Of a DNA stretch of 64,000 nucleotides, positions 19,494 to 29,389 are shown in pieces (position 1 is the first letter of the stretch; every line of letters starts with the position of its first letter). Made by a program: the position numbers and the translations under genes. Source of the DNA: an uncultured Verrucomicrobiae bacterium (GTDB lineage Bacteria; Verrucomicrobiota; Verrucomicrobiia; Chthoniobacterales; Terrimicrobiaceae); NCBI GenBank assembly GCA_963706955.1, contig CAVPOC010000003.1, positions 288,001-352,000 on the forward strand, read 5' to 3'. The notes beneath the pieces were generated by a model. It worked only from the letters and a program-made list of their open reading frames with translations. It searched no databases and was not told the DNA's origin.

Positions 19494-21428
19494 ATGTTAA
19501 AAGAGGAAAGTTCCGGCGAGGGCCTTCGCCGGACCGAGGACAGCGAGGGGAAAGAGATGCAGCGCTCGAGAAGAGCGCTTCACGGCGACCTCGTTGAAAC
19601 CTCTCCCGTCTCTGAGGAAGCGGCGATCGACGCGGGCGCAACGACAGGTCGAGTGATCGAGGCCTGCCCGCTCTGCGAGACGTTGATGGATGTGACCGAT
19701 CAACCGCCTTTATCGCAGGTCCGTTGTCCGAGTTGTGGGCAGCGCCTGCGCGCCCACCGACAGTTCAATAATTATCGCCTGTTGGAACTGCTCGGCGAAG
19801 GAGGGATGGGCTCGGTCTACAAGGCCACCGACCTGAATCTCAATCGCGAGGTAGCTCTCAAAATCCTCAAGAAGGAATGCAGCGCGAACGCCGAAGAGCG
19901 CGCCAAGCTCGAGGAGGAAGCCCGCATCATCGCCTCGATCAATCATCCACATGTCGTCAAGGTCTTCTCATTCGGTGAAGATCAGGGCCAGTTTTACCTG
20001 GCGATGGAACTCGCTGAGAAAGGCTCCCTCGATGATCTCATGAGCGTTCAACAGCGGCTCTCTGAAGCGCAAGTGCTGCGCGTCGGAATCCAGATCGCCG
20101 AAGGTCTCGATGCTGCTCTCGAACACAATCTCATCCATCGAGACATCAAACCGGGCAACATCCTTTTCGCCGATCCGCAGACTGCCAAGCTTGTCGACTT
20201 CGGGCTCGCCGTTGTCATGGACGAGGTCGCGCAGGCTCGCGGCGAGATCTGGGGGACGCCATATTACATTGCCCCTGAGAAGCTGGACAATCAGCCAGAG
20301 GATTTCCGCAGCGACATTTATAGTCTCGGGGGAACCCTCTTTCACGCCCTGGCGGGTCGACCACCGTACGAAGCTGAGACCGCATCCACGCTCGCCTTGA
20401 AGCAGCTGATGAGCCAGCCGGTAAGCCTGCAGGCGTTTGCGCCGGACGTCTCGAGCGAAACCGCCTACGTAATCAATCGTATGCTCGCCAAGAACCCCGC
20501 CGAGCGCTACGCGTCTTATACCGAACTCGTCGAGCATCTCTCTTACGCCCGAACCAAGCTACTTGAGCACACCACGCACTCCGACAGAGCCAAGGAGCGG
20601 GTGGTCATCGAGACACAAGCGGCCAAGAACGTTTCAGGCCTCCTCAGCCTAGGTCTCAGCATCTTTATTGCCGCGTGCATAATGGCCTACATTTTCCGCG
20701 ACGAGATCTTTGGCGATTCGGGCAAAGAGCAAGCTGCAGCCAGCTATTCTGAAGCGCAGTTGCAGCAGGAATTTCAAAGTGCCGTGCAATTGCTCGCTCA
20801 GGGAAAAGCCGAAAAAGCACTTACCGAATTCGACCGCCTTGCCAGCCTCTCTGGCGATCAACAGCCGATTAAGAACTGGATCCGCATGAATGGGGCCCTA
20901 GCCGCCCTCGTTGTCGGCGATGGTCAGGACGCCGTTCGTCGCTTCCGCGAGCTTGCCAACGAGAAGCCCTATTCTACCGCCGAAAAAGAGAGCGCCCTCG
21001 CCAGCTTCTTTGTCGAGGCAAGCGAACAGCTCGCCAAGGGAGACACACCGATCCCGGCTCCGATCACGAATTTGTACTCAAACAAGAACTTCGAAGCCTT
21101 CGGTCTGCTTTGCTTCGGCGTGCATGATTGGTCGATCGGCGAGGCGGCCACCGCCAGTGAGATCTTCACTTCGTTCCTCAGCGCAACACTGCCCGCGTCT
21201 GAAAGCTGGATCGACGAACTCAAGCCAATCGCCGCAGACTACGCGTCGGACTGCGATCGGGTCGCGCAAATTGAGAGAGACCTCGCCGTCGCCCGGGACG
21301 CGGAATCCTCCCAGGCGCTGGCCAAGAAAGTGCGTGCGGCGCAGGACGAACTCAAACTCGGCGGGAAGCTGGCGACACGGTTGAAGTCGATCGAAGCCCA
21401 ATTGATCGCCAAGGGCGCTCATCCCTGA
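19494..21428 (+). CDS. Membrane Ser/Thr protein kinase with N-terminal Zn-ribbon and C-terminal helical (TPR-like) domain
   Basis: CPLC...CPSC, then GEGGMGSV, VALK, HRDIKPGN, DFG and APE. A TM segment (LLSLGLSIFIAACIMAYIF) follows the kinase. Start uncertain. Confidence 0.9.
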   Translation: MLKEESSGEGLRRTEDSEGKEMQRSRRALHGDLVETSPVSEEAAIDAGATTGRVIEACPLCETLMDVTDQPPLSQVRCPSCGQRLRAHRQFNNYRLLELLGEGGMGSVYKATDLNLNREVALKILKKECSANAEERAKLEEEARIIASINHPHVVKVFSFGEDQGQFYLAMELAEKGSLDDLMSVQQRLSEAQVLRVGIQIAEGLDAALEHNLIHRDIKPGNILFADPQTAKLVDFGLAVVMDEVAQARGEIWGTPYYIAPEKLDNQPEDFRSDIYSLGGTLFHALAGRPPYEAETASTLALKQLMSQPVSLQAFAPDVSSETAYVINRMLAKNPAERYASYTELVEHLSYARTKLLEHTTHSDRAKERVVIETQAAKNVSGLLSLGLSIFIAACIMAYIFRDEIFGDSGKEQAAASYSEAQLQQEFQSAVQLLAQGKAEKALTEFDRLASLSGDQQPIKNWIRMNGALAALVVGDGQDAVRRFRELANEKPYSTAEKESALASFFVEASEQLAKGDTPIPAPITNLYSNKNFEAFGLLCFGVHDWSIGEAATASEIFTSFLSATLPASESWIDELKPIAADYASDCDRVAQIERDLAVARDAESSQALAKKVRAAQDELKLGGKLATRLKSIEAQLIAKGAHP

Positions 21429-21493
21429 GGAATGCCACCGGCTCTTCGCATGCTTCCTCTTGCGGGACGCTCGGACATGACGGATAAAGCAAG

Positions 21494-23062
21494 ATGATGA
21501 GCGAGCCAAATCTGCCTACTCCCGAGCAGCTGCAGCAACGTCTCCAGGAGTTCTTTCGCGCCAGCTTTGCCACGCCCGCGCAGGCAAATCCAGGGGAGGC
21601 CGCCGAAGAACCTACCACCGAGCAGAAGACGCATCCCGTCTTTGAGTTCAAGCTAACTCCACGCGATATCAAGCGCCATTTGGACCGCTTCGTCATCCAG
21701 CAAGACGAAGCCAAGAAAGTCCTCAGCATCGCGGTCTGCGACCACTATCATCATGCTCAGTATGCCGCTTCACTTGCGGCCGAAGAGGCCAATCGGCTCG
21801 AGTATGCGAAGCAAAACGTTGTCCTAGTCGGTCCGACTGGTGTCGGCAAGACCTACCTCGTCCGCCACATTGCGGACTTGATCGGCGTCCCCTTTGTCAA
21901 GGCAGACGCCACCAAGTTTAGCGAAACCGGCTACGTCGGCGGCGACGTGGAAGACCTGGTGCGCGAGCTTGTCCATAAGGCAGACGGGGACCTGGCGCTG
22001 GCCCAGTATGGCATTATCTACATTGATGAGATCGATAAGGTCGCCAGTGCGGGAGAAATGATCGGACGAGATGTCAGCGGTCGCGGAGTCCAGACTGCCT
22101 TGCTCAAGCTGATGGAGGAAACCGAAGTGCCGATACGAGGGGGCAATGATCTCCAAGCCCAATTACAAGCCGCTTTGGAATTTCAGCGCAAAGGCAAGGT
22201 AACGCGCGAATCTATCAACACGCGCCACATTCTTTTTATCGTCTCGGGGGCCTTTGACAAGTTGGGGGTTCGTGTGGCCAGCCGGTTACGTCATTCGCAG
22301 ATTGGCTTCGGGGCGGAGCCGACAAAAGTCCTGGAGGGTTCTGATCTTCTGCGGCAAGCGGAGACGAAAGATTTCATCGACTATGGGATGGAGCCTGAAT
22401 TCATCGGCCGCTTGCCCGTGCGTGTAGTTTGTGACCCGCTAACCAGCAACGACCTATTTGACATCCTCAAGAAGTCCGAAGGAAGCATCATCCGGCAATA
22501 TGAACGCTCGTTCCGCGCCTATGGGGTCGAAGTCTTTTTCGAGGATGAAGCCCTGCGCGAAATAGCGCAGAAGGCCTCCGGTGAAAATACCGGAGCGCGC
22601 GGGCTGCTGACGACCTGCGAAAAGATCTTCCGCGATTTCAAGTTCGAGCTGCCTGGTTCTGGGGTCACTTCCTTTACGGTCACGCGGGAGTTGATCGGAA
22701 ATCCCGGGGCGGCCCTGGTTGAGCTTCTGCGAGCCGGTCACGCCGAGCGCGAGAAGGCACAACGCGGGATCGTGGCGGAGTTTTGCGAAAGATTCACCTC
22801 CGAGCACGGCGTGAAGATCACGTTTGAAGACGACGCCGTCGAACGCATTCTCGCCCGGGCGACTGAAGAGAATGTGGGCGTTCGCGAGTTATGTGAACGG
22901 GCATTTAAGGATTATCAGTTCGGTTTGACACTCATCAAACGTAATAGCGGTCGAATCGAATTTGCCATTCCTGCCCGGGCGGTGGACAATCCCGATGGCG
23001 TCCTCAGCGAGTGGGTGGTCGCTTCTTACCGCAATGTTCCAGGTGAACCCCATGCAGCCTAG
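21494..23062 (+). CDS. ClpX-like AAA+ ATPase lacking the N-terminal Zn-binding domain
   Basis: [39 protein letters not shown] loop and PEFIGRLP. The C-terminal small domain is duplicated. Confidence 0.85.
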   Translation: MMSEPNLPTPEQLQQRLQEFFRASFATPAQANPGEAAEEPTTEQKTHPVFEFKLTPRDIKRHLDRFVIQQDEAKKVLSIAVCDHYHHAQYAASLAAEEANRLEYAKQNVVLVGPTGVGKTYLVRHIADLIGVPFVKADATKFSETGYVGGDVEDLVRELVHKADGDLALAQYGIIYIDEIDKVASAGEMIGRDVSGRGVQTALLKLMEETEVPIRGGNDLQAQLQAALEFQRKGKVTRESINTRHILFIVSGAFDKLGVRVASRLRHSQIGFGAEPTKVLEGSDLLRQAETKDFIDYGMEPEFIGRLPVRVVCDPLTSNDLFDILKKSEGSIIRQYERSFRAYGVEVFFEDEALREIAQKASGENTGARGLLTTCEKIFRDFKFELPGSGVTSFTVTRELIGNPGAALVELLRAGHAEREKAQRGIVAEFCERFTSEHGVKITFEDDAVERILARATEENVGVRELCERAFKDYQFGLTLIKRNSGRIEFAIPARAVDNPDGVLSEWVVASYRNVPGEPHAA

Positions 23063-23160
23063 GCGGCGAATAGGAGAGCTGGCACTTTGCGGCGCGGCCC
23101 ACTCCGATGGTCAGGCGGAGCCGATCCGTAAGATCGAAAGTGCCCGGGACGGTCATTTTC

Positions 23161-24432
23161 ATGAGATATCTTAAGGCCGCTATTCTCATCGGCACTTTTA
23201 GTGCAGGCGTCGTCATCGTGCTTTTCGCCACGGGTTGGATTTCGACAACGCCCGACATTGTTTTACGCGAGCACATCTACAAGATGTCCAATCCGCTGGT
23301 TATCCCCGGTGGAGCCCAAATTGTCCTCATCATCCTCCTCGCCTTCGCCGCAGCCTGGACGACGGTTGACATCACCCGGCCCATCCTCAAAGGGGTTGTC
23401 GCGGTCGCTGCCATCTTCCTCTTGATGACGGGCTCAGCTACCTTGTCCCTCTACAACGTCTTCTATTCTCCCTTTCCCGGTGCCTTCGCAATTCTTGTCA
23501 GCTTTCTGGGTGGTCTTGTCTATGGTCGCAGCGGCAGCGGGTCCCGGAAGAAAGTAATGGAACGCCTCTTCGGTCAGCGAGTTTCTCGCAGCGTCTTCAA
23601 TCGTCTGGTGAATTCGGAAGTGCCGCTAGAATTTCCGGGCGATCTCCAGGATGGGACTGTCATCGTTTGCGAAGTGCAGAATCACAAGGAGCTCATGGAG
23701 TTGCTTCCACCCGAGCACTACGCCGCGATGACGAACCTCTATTTGCAGAATGCATCGGACTACCTTGTAGACGTTGGCGGTTACCTGGATGAATGCACCG
23801 GCGAAAGCCTGCGGGTCGTCTTTGGCACCCCTTTGCCGGATGAAAAGCATGCGTCACGGGCCAGCCGCGCCGCCATTGATCTGCTGTCGCGGCTCGACAA
23901 TCTTAATCGCGAATGCGATTCCACCTGGCAACGGCGCTTCGATTTTCGAATTGGGATCAACTCAGGGGAAATGATCGCCGCCGCTTATGGCGGTTCACGC
24001 CTAGCCAGTTTCAGTGTCGCCGGGCCCGCGGTGGAGTTTGCACGACGGCTTTGCGCGGCCTGTGCCACCTACGGTTGCCGGATTCTGATCGGTCCGGAAA
24101 CCTTCGAGCAAGCCGCAGAGACTTTTGAGGCGCGCCCGATTGAAGTCTTGAAAGGGGTGGGCGAGCGACGTCGCATCGAGCTCTACGAAATCCTGGCGCC
24201 GAAGCACGAGCTTTCTCCGGAGCGCGAGCGGAGTCGCGACCATTTCTGGCGGGGTGTCATCTACTTCCGCGAGAAGCAGTGGGAGAAGGCAACGCAGGAA
24301 TTCTCCAAGGCTCGCATCAGCGGCATTCCTGATGCCGCGCTCGATTTCTACATCCAACGGGTCGAGCGCAATCGGCGAGGCGAGGAAGACGTCGTCACCA
24401 AAGACCAGATGGCGCTCTTTACGTCGTCGTAG
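23161..24432 (+). CDS. Membrane protein with degenerate class III nucleotide cyclase domain and C-terminal TPR-like helix pair
   Basis: About 4 N-terminal TM helices. Cyclase fold GTVIVCEV...YLDECTGESLRVVFG...FRIGINSG...GPAVEFARRL. Confidence 0.8.
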   Translation: MRYLKAAILIGTFSAGVVIVLFATGWISTTPDIVLREHIYKMSNPLVIPGGAQIVLIILLAFAAAWTTVDITRPILKGVVAVAAIFLLMTGSATLSLYNVFYSPFPGAFAILVSFLGGLVYGRSGSGSRKKVMERLFGQRVSRSVFNRLVNSEVPLEFPGDLQDGTVIVCEVQNHKELMELLPPEHYAAMTNLYLQNASDYLVDVGGYLDECTGESLRVVFGTPLPDEKHASRASRAAIDLLSRLDNLNRECDSTWQRRFDFRIGINSGEMIAAAYGGSRLASFSVAGPAVEFARRLCAACATYGCRILIGPETFEQAAETFEARPIEVLKGVGERRRIELYEILAPKHELSPERERSRDHFWRGVIYFREKQWEKATQEFSKARISGIPDAALDFYIQRVERNRRGEEDVVTKDQMALFTSS

Positions 24433-24474
24433 GGCGAAGCGAAACCGCCCTAAATTTCGCCTTCGCTCTGGCAG

Positions 24475-25086
24475 ATGAAGCCCGTTGATTATCCGCAACC
24501 TTTCGGCGACCTCACCCGTGAGCTGCGGCGCCTACCCGGGATCGGACCGCGCACCGCCGAACGTATCGCTCTCTGGTTGGCTTCTTCCAAAGACGCTCGG
24601 CCTCTCGAGTTGGCCAGAGTGCTTCGAGACGCTGCTGAAAATCTTCGCGCCTGCACCATCTGCGGCTTCTTTGCTACGCAGGAACGTTGTCAAATCTGTC
24701 AGGACGAAAACCGCGGCGGCAGGGAGATTTGCGTCGTCGAGCAGGCCACTGACATTCTCCCTCTTGAACGAACGGGTTTCCTCAAAGGTCGCTACCATGT
24801 CCTCGGCGGGCGGCTCGCTCCCTTGGATCACATTGGCCCGGAGCAGCTCCGCATCGGGGCGTTGCTCGCGCGGGTCAAGAATGAGGCGGTCAGCGAAATC
24901 ATTCTCGCGCTAAGTGCGGACGTGGAAGGCGAAGCTACTACCAATTATCTGGCGGAAGCCCTCGCTCCACTGGGAGTTCCCATCACGCGTATCGCGCATG
25001 GGCTCCCGGCCGGGGGAGGATTAGAGCACGCCGATCCCTTGACACTCCAACGGGCTCTCGCCGGACGCAATCCGCTCAAGATTTGA
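24475..25086 (+). CDS. recR: Recombination mediator RecR
   Basis: LPGIGPRTAERIA, C4 Zn finger, ICVVE, YHVLGG and EGEAT Toprim. Confidence 0.96.
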   Translation: MKPVDYPQPFGDLTRELRRLPGIGPRTAERIALWLASSKDARPLELARVLRDAAENLRACTICGFFATQERCQICQDENRGGREICVVEQATDILPLERTGFLKGRYHVLGGRLAPLDHIGPEQLRIGALLARVKNEAVSEIILALSADVEGEATTNYLAEALAPLGVPITRIAHGLPAGGGLEHADPLTLQRALAGRNPLKI

Positions 25087-25118
25087 CAGCCGCGACCGAA
25101 AACCCGAAAGTTCCCTCC

Positions 25119-26012
25119 ATGGCCACGCCGAAGATCGATCCAGCGCTTCATCAGGCCAAAAAACCCGAGTGGATCAAGGTTCGGCTGCCTTCAAATCCGG
25201 TGTTTTTCTCCACCAAGGCGCTCGTCGCGGACCTCCGCTTGCACACAGTTTGCGAGAGCGCGCAGTGTCCGAACCGCTGGGAGTGCTGGAGTCAGGGAAC
25301 GGCCACATTCATGATCGCAGGTGAGCGCTGCACCCGCGCCTGCGGGTTTTGCGCGGTCACGACGGCGAAACCTTTCGCGCTGGAGGTTGACGAACCTCAG
25401 CGTGTCGCCGAGGCGGTTCGCCGCCTGAAGCTCAAGCATGTCGTCATCACCGCGGTGGCTCGCGATGACCTCGACGACGGTGGCGCAGAGCACTTCGCAA
25501 GAACGATTGAGGCCATTCGTGCGATGGATCCGACGATCATCATCGAGGTGCTCACCCCAGACTTCAAAGGCAAGGAAGGGGCCCTACGGCTGGTTCTCGA
25601 CGCCAGGCCTCACATCTTTAATCACAATATTGAGACTGTCGAACGACTCACCTCGCTGGTCCGGTCGCGTGCCAAATACCGCCTCTCCCTCGAGGTCCTG
25701 CGATTGGCCAAGGGCATCGCTCCCGAAATTGTGACCAAGAGTGGCGTAATGCTGGGGCTCGGCGAAACAGAAAACGAGCTCTTCGACGCGCTTGATGACC
25801 TCCGCAGCGTTGGGGTGCAGGTGCTGACGATGGGACAGTACCTCCGCCCTACCCCGCAGCACTTGCCGGTTGTCGAATACGTCAACCCGGAGACTTTTGC
25901 CCTCTATGGCGAGATTGCGCGCCGCAAGGGTTTCGAGTTCGTCGCCAGCGGACCCCTGGTCCGAAGCTCCTATCACGCGGCGGATTTTAACCCCGTTCAG
26001 CGCAAGGATTAA
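25119..26012 (+). CDS. lipA: Lipoyl synthase
   Basis: CESAQCPNRWEC, CTRACGFC and PLVRSSYHA. Alternative TTG start at 25083. Confidence 0.96.
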   Translation: MATPKIDPALHQAKKPEWIKVRLPSNPVFFSTKALVADLRLHTVCESAQCPNRWECWSQGTATFMIAGERCTRACGFCAVTTAKPFALEVDEPQRVAEAVRRLKLKHVVITAVARDDLDDGGAEHFARTIEAIRAMDPTIIIEVLTPDFKGKEGALRLVLDARPHIFNHNIETVERLTSLVRSRAKYRLSLEVLRLAKGIAPEIVTKSGVMLGLGETENELFDALDDLRSVGVQVLTMGQYLRPTPQHLPVVEYVNPETFALYGEIARRKGFEFVASGPLVRSSYHAADFNPVQRKD

Positions 26013-26020
26013 CTTCACCC

Positions 26021-26461
26021 TTGCGCTGGTGCATCGTCGCGGTCGGTAAATCTCGCCTGGCCTACGCCCGTGCGGGCATTTCCGAATACCTCGCCCGCCT
26101 GCGGTGCTTCCACACTGTCGAGACAGCCTACGTCAAACCGTCGAATCCGCCTCGTGAAGGCACCCAACTGCTCAGCCGGAGCGAAGGATGTTTTCGCCTG
26201 ATCCTGGACGAGAGAGGCAAACGCCTGAGCAGCCGCGCATTTGCCGAGGAGATCAGGAAAATCGAGGGCAATCCCCGAAAAACGTGTGCCCTTCTCGTTG
26301 GAGGCGCGGACGGGCTCTCCGCGCGCGTCGTCGAAAGCGCGGACTTGCTCTGGTCGCTCAGCCCGCTCACGCTCCAACACGAACTTGCCCTCGTCGTCGC
26401 TCTCGAACAGATCTATCGAGCCCATACCATCCTCACCGGAATTCCCTACCATCGAGACTGA
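26021..26461 (+). CDS. rlmH: 23S rRNA m3Psi1915 methyltransferase
   Basis: LDERGK, VGGADG, SLSPLTLQH and EQIYRA...PYHR. TTG start. Confidence 0.93.
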   Translation: MRWCIVAVGKSRLAYARAGISEYLARLRCFHTVETAYVKPSNPPREGTQLLSRSEGCFRLILDERGKRLSSRAFAEEIRKIEGNPRKTCALLVGGADGLSARVVESADLLWSLSPLTLQHELALVVALEQIYRAHTILTGIPYHRD

Positions 26462-26471
26462 TTCGCCCTTT

Positions 26472-26530
26472 TGTCGCGGCGGTTCCCCCACCGCCGGGGC
26501 GCCCTCGACCGTGGGGGCACGGTCGCTCCA
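26472..26530. repeat. Second REP-like inverted doublet (diverged)
   Basis: Arms TGTCGCGGCGGTTCCCCCACCGCCGG and (reverse complement) TGGAGCGACCGTGCCCCCACGGTCGA have the same geometry as 10745-10807. Confidence 0.65.
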
Positions 26531-26616
26531 ACAGCCTGGACTGGCGAGGCGTTGTGCCAACTTAAGGCTTCAATCTGCTCGCATCGAAGGCCACTATCTA
26601 ACCCAGCTTCTTACAT

Positions 26617-26656
26617 TTAGAATTATTCTTGATTTAGATAGTCACCCGGGTAGGTT
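26617..26656 (+). promoter_or_regulatory. Putative Fur/PerR-type operator overlapping a sigma70-like promoter of fur-suf
   Basis: AT-rich TTAGAAT-T-ATTCTTG (26617-26631, perfect 5-1-5 core) overlaps TTGATT-16nt-TAGGTT. Confidence 0.55.
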
Positions 26657-26664
26657 CAAAGGTG

Positions 26665-27097
26665 ATGAAACCGGTTGCGCAGGAGAATCCCGGCTATGCG
26701 GAGACGATCAGCCATAATGGCCATCGGCTTACCCCGCAGCGTCGCGAGGTGTATGAGGTTCTCGTTGCCGAGCGGGATCATCCGACAGCCACCCAGGTTT
26801 TCCTGCGCGCGAAGCAGCGGATGCCTTCGATCTCTCTAGCGACTGTTTACAACTGTCTGGAGACTCTGGTGGAATGCGGCCTGGCGAAGCAGGTCAACGT
26901 GGAACGTGACGCGACCCGGGTACTGCCCCAATTTGAGCGAGCACGGGCATTTCATGTGTGAGCGCTGCGGGAAGATTTACGATGTTCCTTTGCTGGCGAG
27001 TAAACGCGTGGGACGGACCTGGGATCTTCCGGTGGGTTTTACGGTCGTCCACAGCGACATCACGCTCCGCGGAGCGTGCGCAGAGTGCAACACATGA
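26665..27097 (+). pseudogene. Fur/PerR-family regulator with one +1 frameshift at ~26918 (probably a sequencing error)
   Basis: RLTPQR..HPTA..SLATVYN in one frame; HGHFMCERC...CAEC in the next. Extra base in the CCCGGG run. Span is 433 nt = 3n+1. Confidence 0.85.
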
Positions 27098-27118
27098 TCC
27101 TAAATTCTTGACGTCTCG

Positions 27119-27874
27119 ATGAGCCTTTTGATCCAAAACTTGTGCGCGAACATTGCGGAGCGGGAAATCCTGAAGGGCGTGAGCTTGGAGGTTCCCAAGG
27201 GGGAGGTCCATGCCATCATGGGTAAAAACGGGTCGGGCAAGAGCACCCTTGCCAAAGTGATGGCTGGGCATCCGTCCTACGAGTTGACGAACGGTGACGT
27301 GCTTCTTGATGGCCAAAGCATTCTCGAGATGGAGCCCGATGAGCGAGCCCGTGCCGGGCTTTTCCTGGCGTTTCAATATCCGATGGAGGTTCCGGGAGTC
27401 ACGATCGCCAACTTTTTGCGCGCCGCCCTCCAGGCGCGACTGCCGGAGGGTGAAGAGCTCGATGCGGTCGCCTACTACCGGCGGCTCTATTCGAAAATGG
27501 ATGCCCTCAAGGTGCCACGCGAATTCACCTCGCGTTCGGTCAACGAGGGCTTTTCTGGTGGAGAGAAGAAGCGTTGTGAGATTTTGCAGCTCGCCATGCT
27601 CGAACCCGCCTATGCGGTGCTCGACGAAACCGACAGCGGGTTGGACATCGACGCGCTGAAGGTGGTCGCCGAAGGAGTCAACGCTTTGCGCGCGCCCGAT
27701 CGAGGATTTCTTGTGATCACTCATTACCAACGTCTGCTTAACCATATCGTGCCCGATATGGTTCACGTAATGGTCGATGGCCGCATCGCCCGTAGCGGCG
27801 ACAAGGACCTCGCCCTTCGGCTGGAAGCCGAGGGCTATGATTGGGTGGAAAAGGAGGCGGCCATTGCCGCCTGA
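27119..27874 (+). CDS. sufC: Fe-S assembly ATPase SufC
   Basis: [24 protein letters not shown] and LDETDSGLD. Confidence 0.96.
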   Translation: MSLLIQNLCANIAEREILKGVSLEVPKGEVHAIMGKNGSGKSTLAKVMAGHPSYELTNGDVLLDGQSILEMEPDERARAGLFLAFQYPMEVPGVTIANFLRAALQARLPEGEELDAVAYYRRLYSKMDALKVPREFTSRSVNEGFSGGEKKRCEILQLAMLEPAYAVLDETDSGLDIDALKVVAEGVNALRAPDRGFLVITHYQRLLNHIVPDMVHVMVDGRIARSGDKDLALRLEAEGYDWVEKEAAIAA

Positions 27875-27885
27875 AGGAGGGAGCC

Positions 27886-29298
27886 ATGAATACAGAGACT
27901 ACACACGACATCGCGATCGACCGATCAATCGGTGATTTCCGTTACGACGTCGACTACCAGTTCGACGCGGGGACCGGCTTGAGCGAACGAACCGTTAATT
28001 ACATTTCCGATGTCAAGGGCGATCCGGATTGGATCCGGGAGTTTCGCCTGGACGCCTATCGCAAATTTATGGACAAGCCGATGCCGACGCATTGGGCCAG
28101 CCACGATCTCGATAACATCGTTTTCGACAAGATCCGCTATTATCTCTCACAGGGAACGACCCCTAAGCGCTCGTGGGATGAAGTTCCCGAGAACGTCAAG
28201 CGCACGTTTGAACGGTTGGGAATTCCCGAGCAAGAGCGCAAGTTTCTCGCGGGCGTAGAAGCGCAGTTCGACAGCGAGGCGGCCTACTCAAACATCAAGA
28301 AGGCGGTGGGCGAGCAGGGCGTCATCTTTGTCGGCTCGACCGAGGGATTGCACAAACACCCGGAAATCTTCCGGAAGTGGTTTGGCAAGGTCATCCCGAC
28401 CGGAGATAACAAATTCAGCGCTCTCAATAGTGCTGTTTTTTCGGGCGGCTCGTTCATCTACGTGCCGCCGGGTGTCAAGGTAATGCATCCTCTCCAGGCG
28501 TATTTCCGAATCAATGCGGAAAACTTTGGCCAGTTCGAACGCACTCTGATCATTGCGGACGAAGGGAGCGAAGTCATGTATATGGAGGGCTGCACGGCGC
28601 CGAAATTCGACACGACGACCCTGCATAGTGCGGTGGTCGAGCTCGTCGCCCTCCCCGGCGCCAAGATCCAATATGTGACCGTTCAGAACTGGAGCCCGAA
28701 TGTCTTCAACCTGGTGACCAAGCGCGGCCTCGCCCACGAGGAAGCGGAGATCAAATGGATCGATTGCAATATTGGATCGCGGCTGACGATGAAATATCCG
28801 GGAGTGGTCATGCGAGGGCGGAAAGCACGCGGCGAAGTCATTTCGATCGCCCTGGCCAGTGACGGACAACACCAGGATACCGGCGCCAAGATGATCCATG
28901 CCGCCGATGAGACCACCAGCAATATTGTCTCCAAGAGCATCAGCGTTGGGACAGGCCGCGCGACTTATCGTGGTCTGGTTCATGTGCCCAAGCATCTCAA
29001 AGGATGTAAGAACAACACGGAGTGCGACGCGTTGCTGATCAATGCCCACAGCCGCACGGATACCTATCCAACCATTTCCGTGCGAGGCCAGGGCAATGCG
29101 TGCCAGCACGAGGCCAGCGTTAGCCAGATCAGCGAAGAACAGATCTTCTACATGCAGCAGCGGGGCATTTCGGAGGGTGCGGCCATGAGCCTGGCCGTTA
29201 ACGGTTTTGTCAACGACCTCGTCCAGCAGTTCCCGATGGAATATTCCGTGGAACTTAAGCGCCTCATCGATCTCGAAATGGAGGGGTCGGTGGGATGA
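27886..29298 (+). CDS. sufB: Fe-S assembly protein SufB
   Basis: SD GGAGG before ATG 27886. Motifs [21 protein letters not shown] and FPMEYSVEL. Confidence 0.96.
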   Translation: MNTETTHDIAIDRSIGDFRYDVDYQFDAGTGLSERTVNYISDVKGDPDWIREFRLDAYRKFMDKPMPTHWASHDLDNIVFDKIRYYLSQGTTPKRSWDEVPENVKRTFERLGIPEQERKFLAGVEAQFDSEAAYSNIKKAVGEQGVIFVGSTEGLHKHPEIFRKWFGKVIPTGDNKFSALNSAVFSGGSFIYVPPGVKVMHPLQAYFRINAENFGQFERTLIIADEGSEVMYMEGCTAPKFDTTTLHSAVVELVALPGAKIQYVTVQNWSPNVFNLVTKRGLAHEEAEIKWIDCNIGSRLTMKYPGVVMRGRKARGEVISIALASDGQHQDTGAKMIHAADETTSNIVSKSISVGTGRATYRGLVHVPKHLKGCKNNTECDALLINAHSRTDTYPTISVRGQGNACQHEASVSQISEEQIFYMQQRGISEGAAMSLAVNGFVNDLVQQFPMEYSVELKRLIDLEMEGSVG

Positions 29299-29389
29299 AC
29301 CACTGGAGGGACGCTGCTTTGCGAGCAGCGCACTTTCCCGCGCAGGGCACGCCGGCCTCGCAGACTCAACTCGGGAGCGATCGCCATTT

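Noticed and set aside
29303..29332. GGAGGGAC-GCTGCT-TTGCG-AGCAGC hairpin between sufB and sufD as a third REP
   Set aside because: Single arm with different stem and loop geometry; cannot be distinguished from chance.
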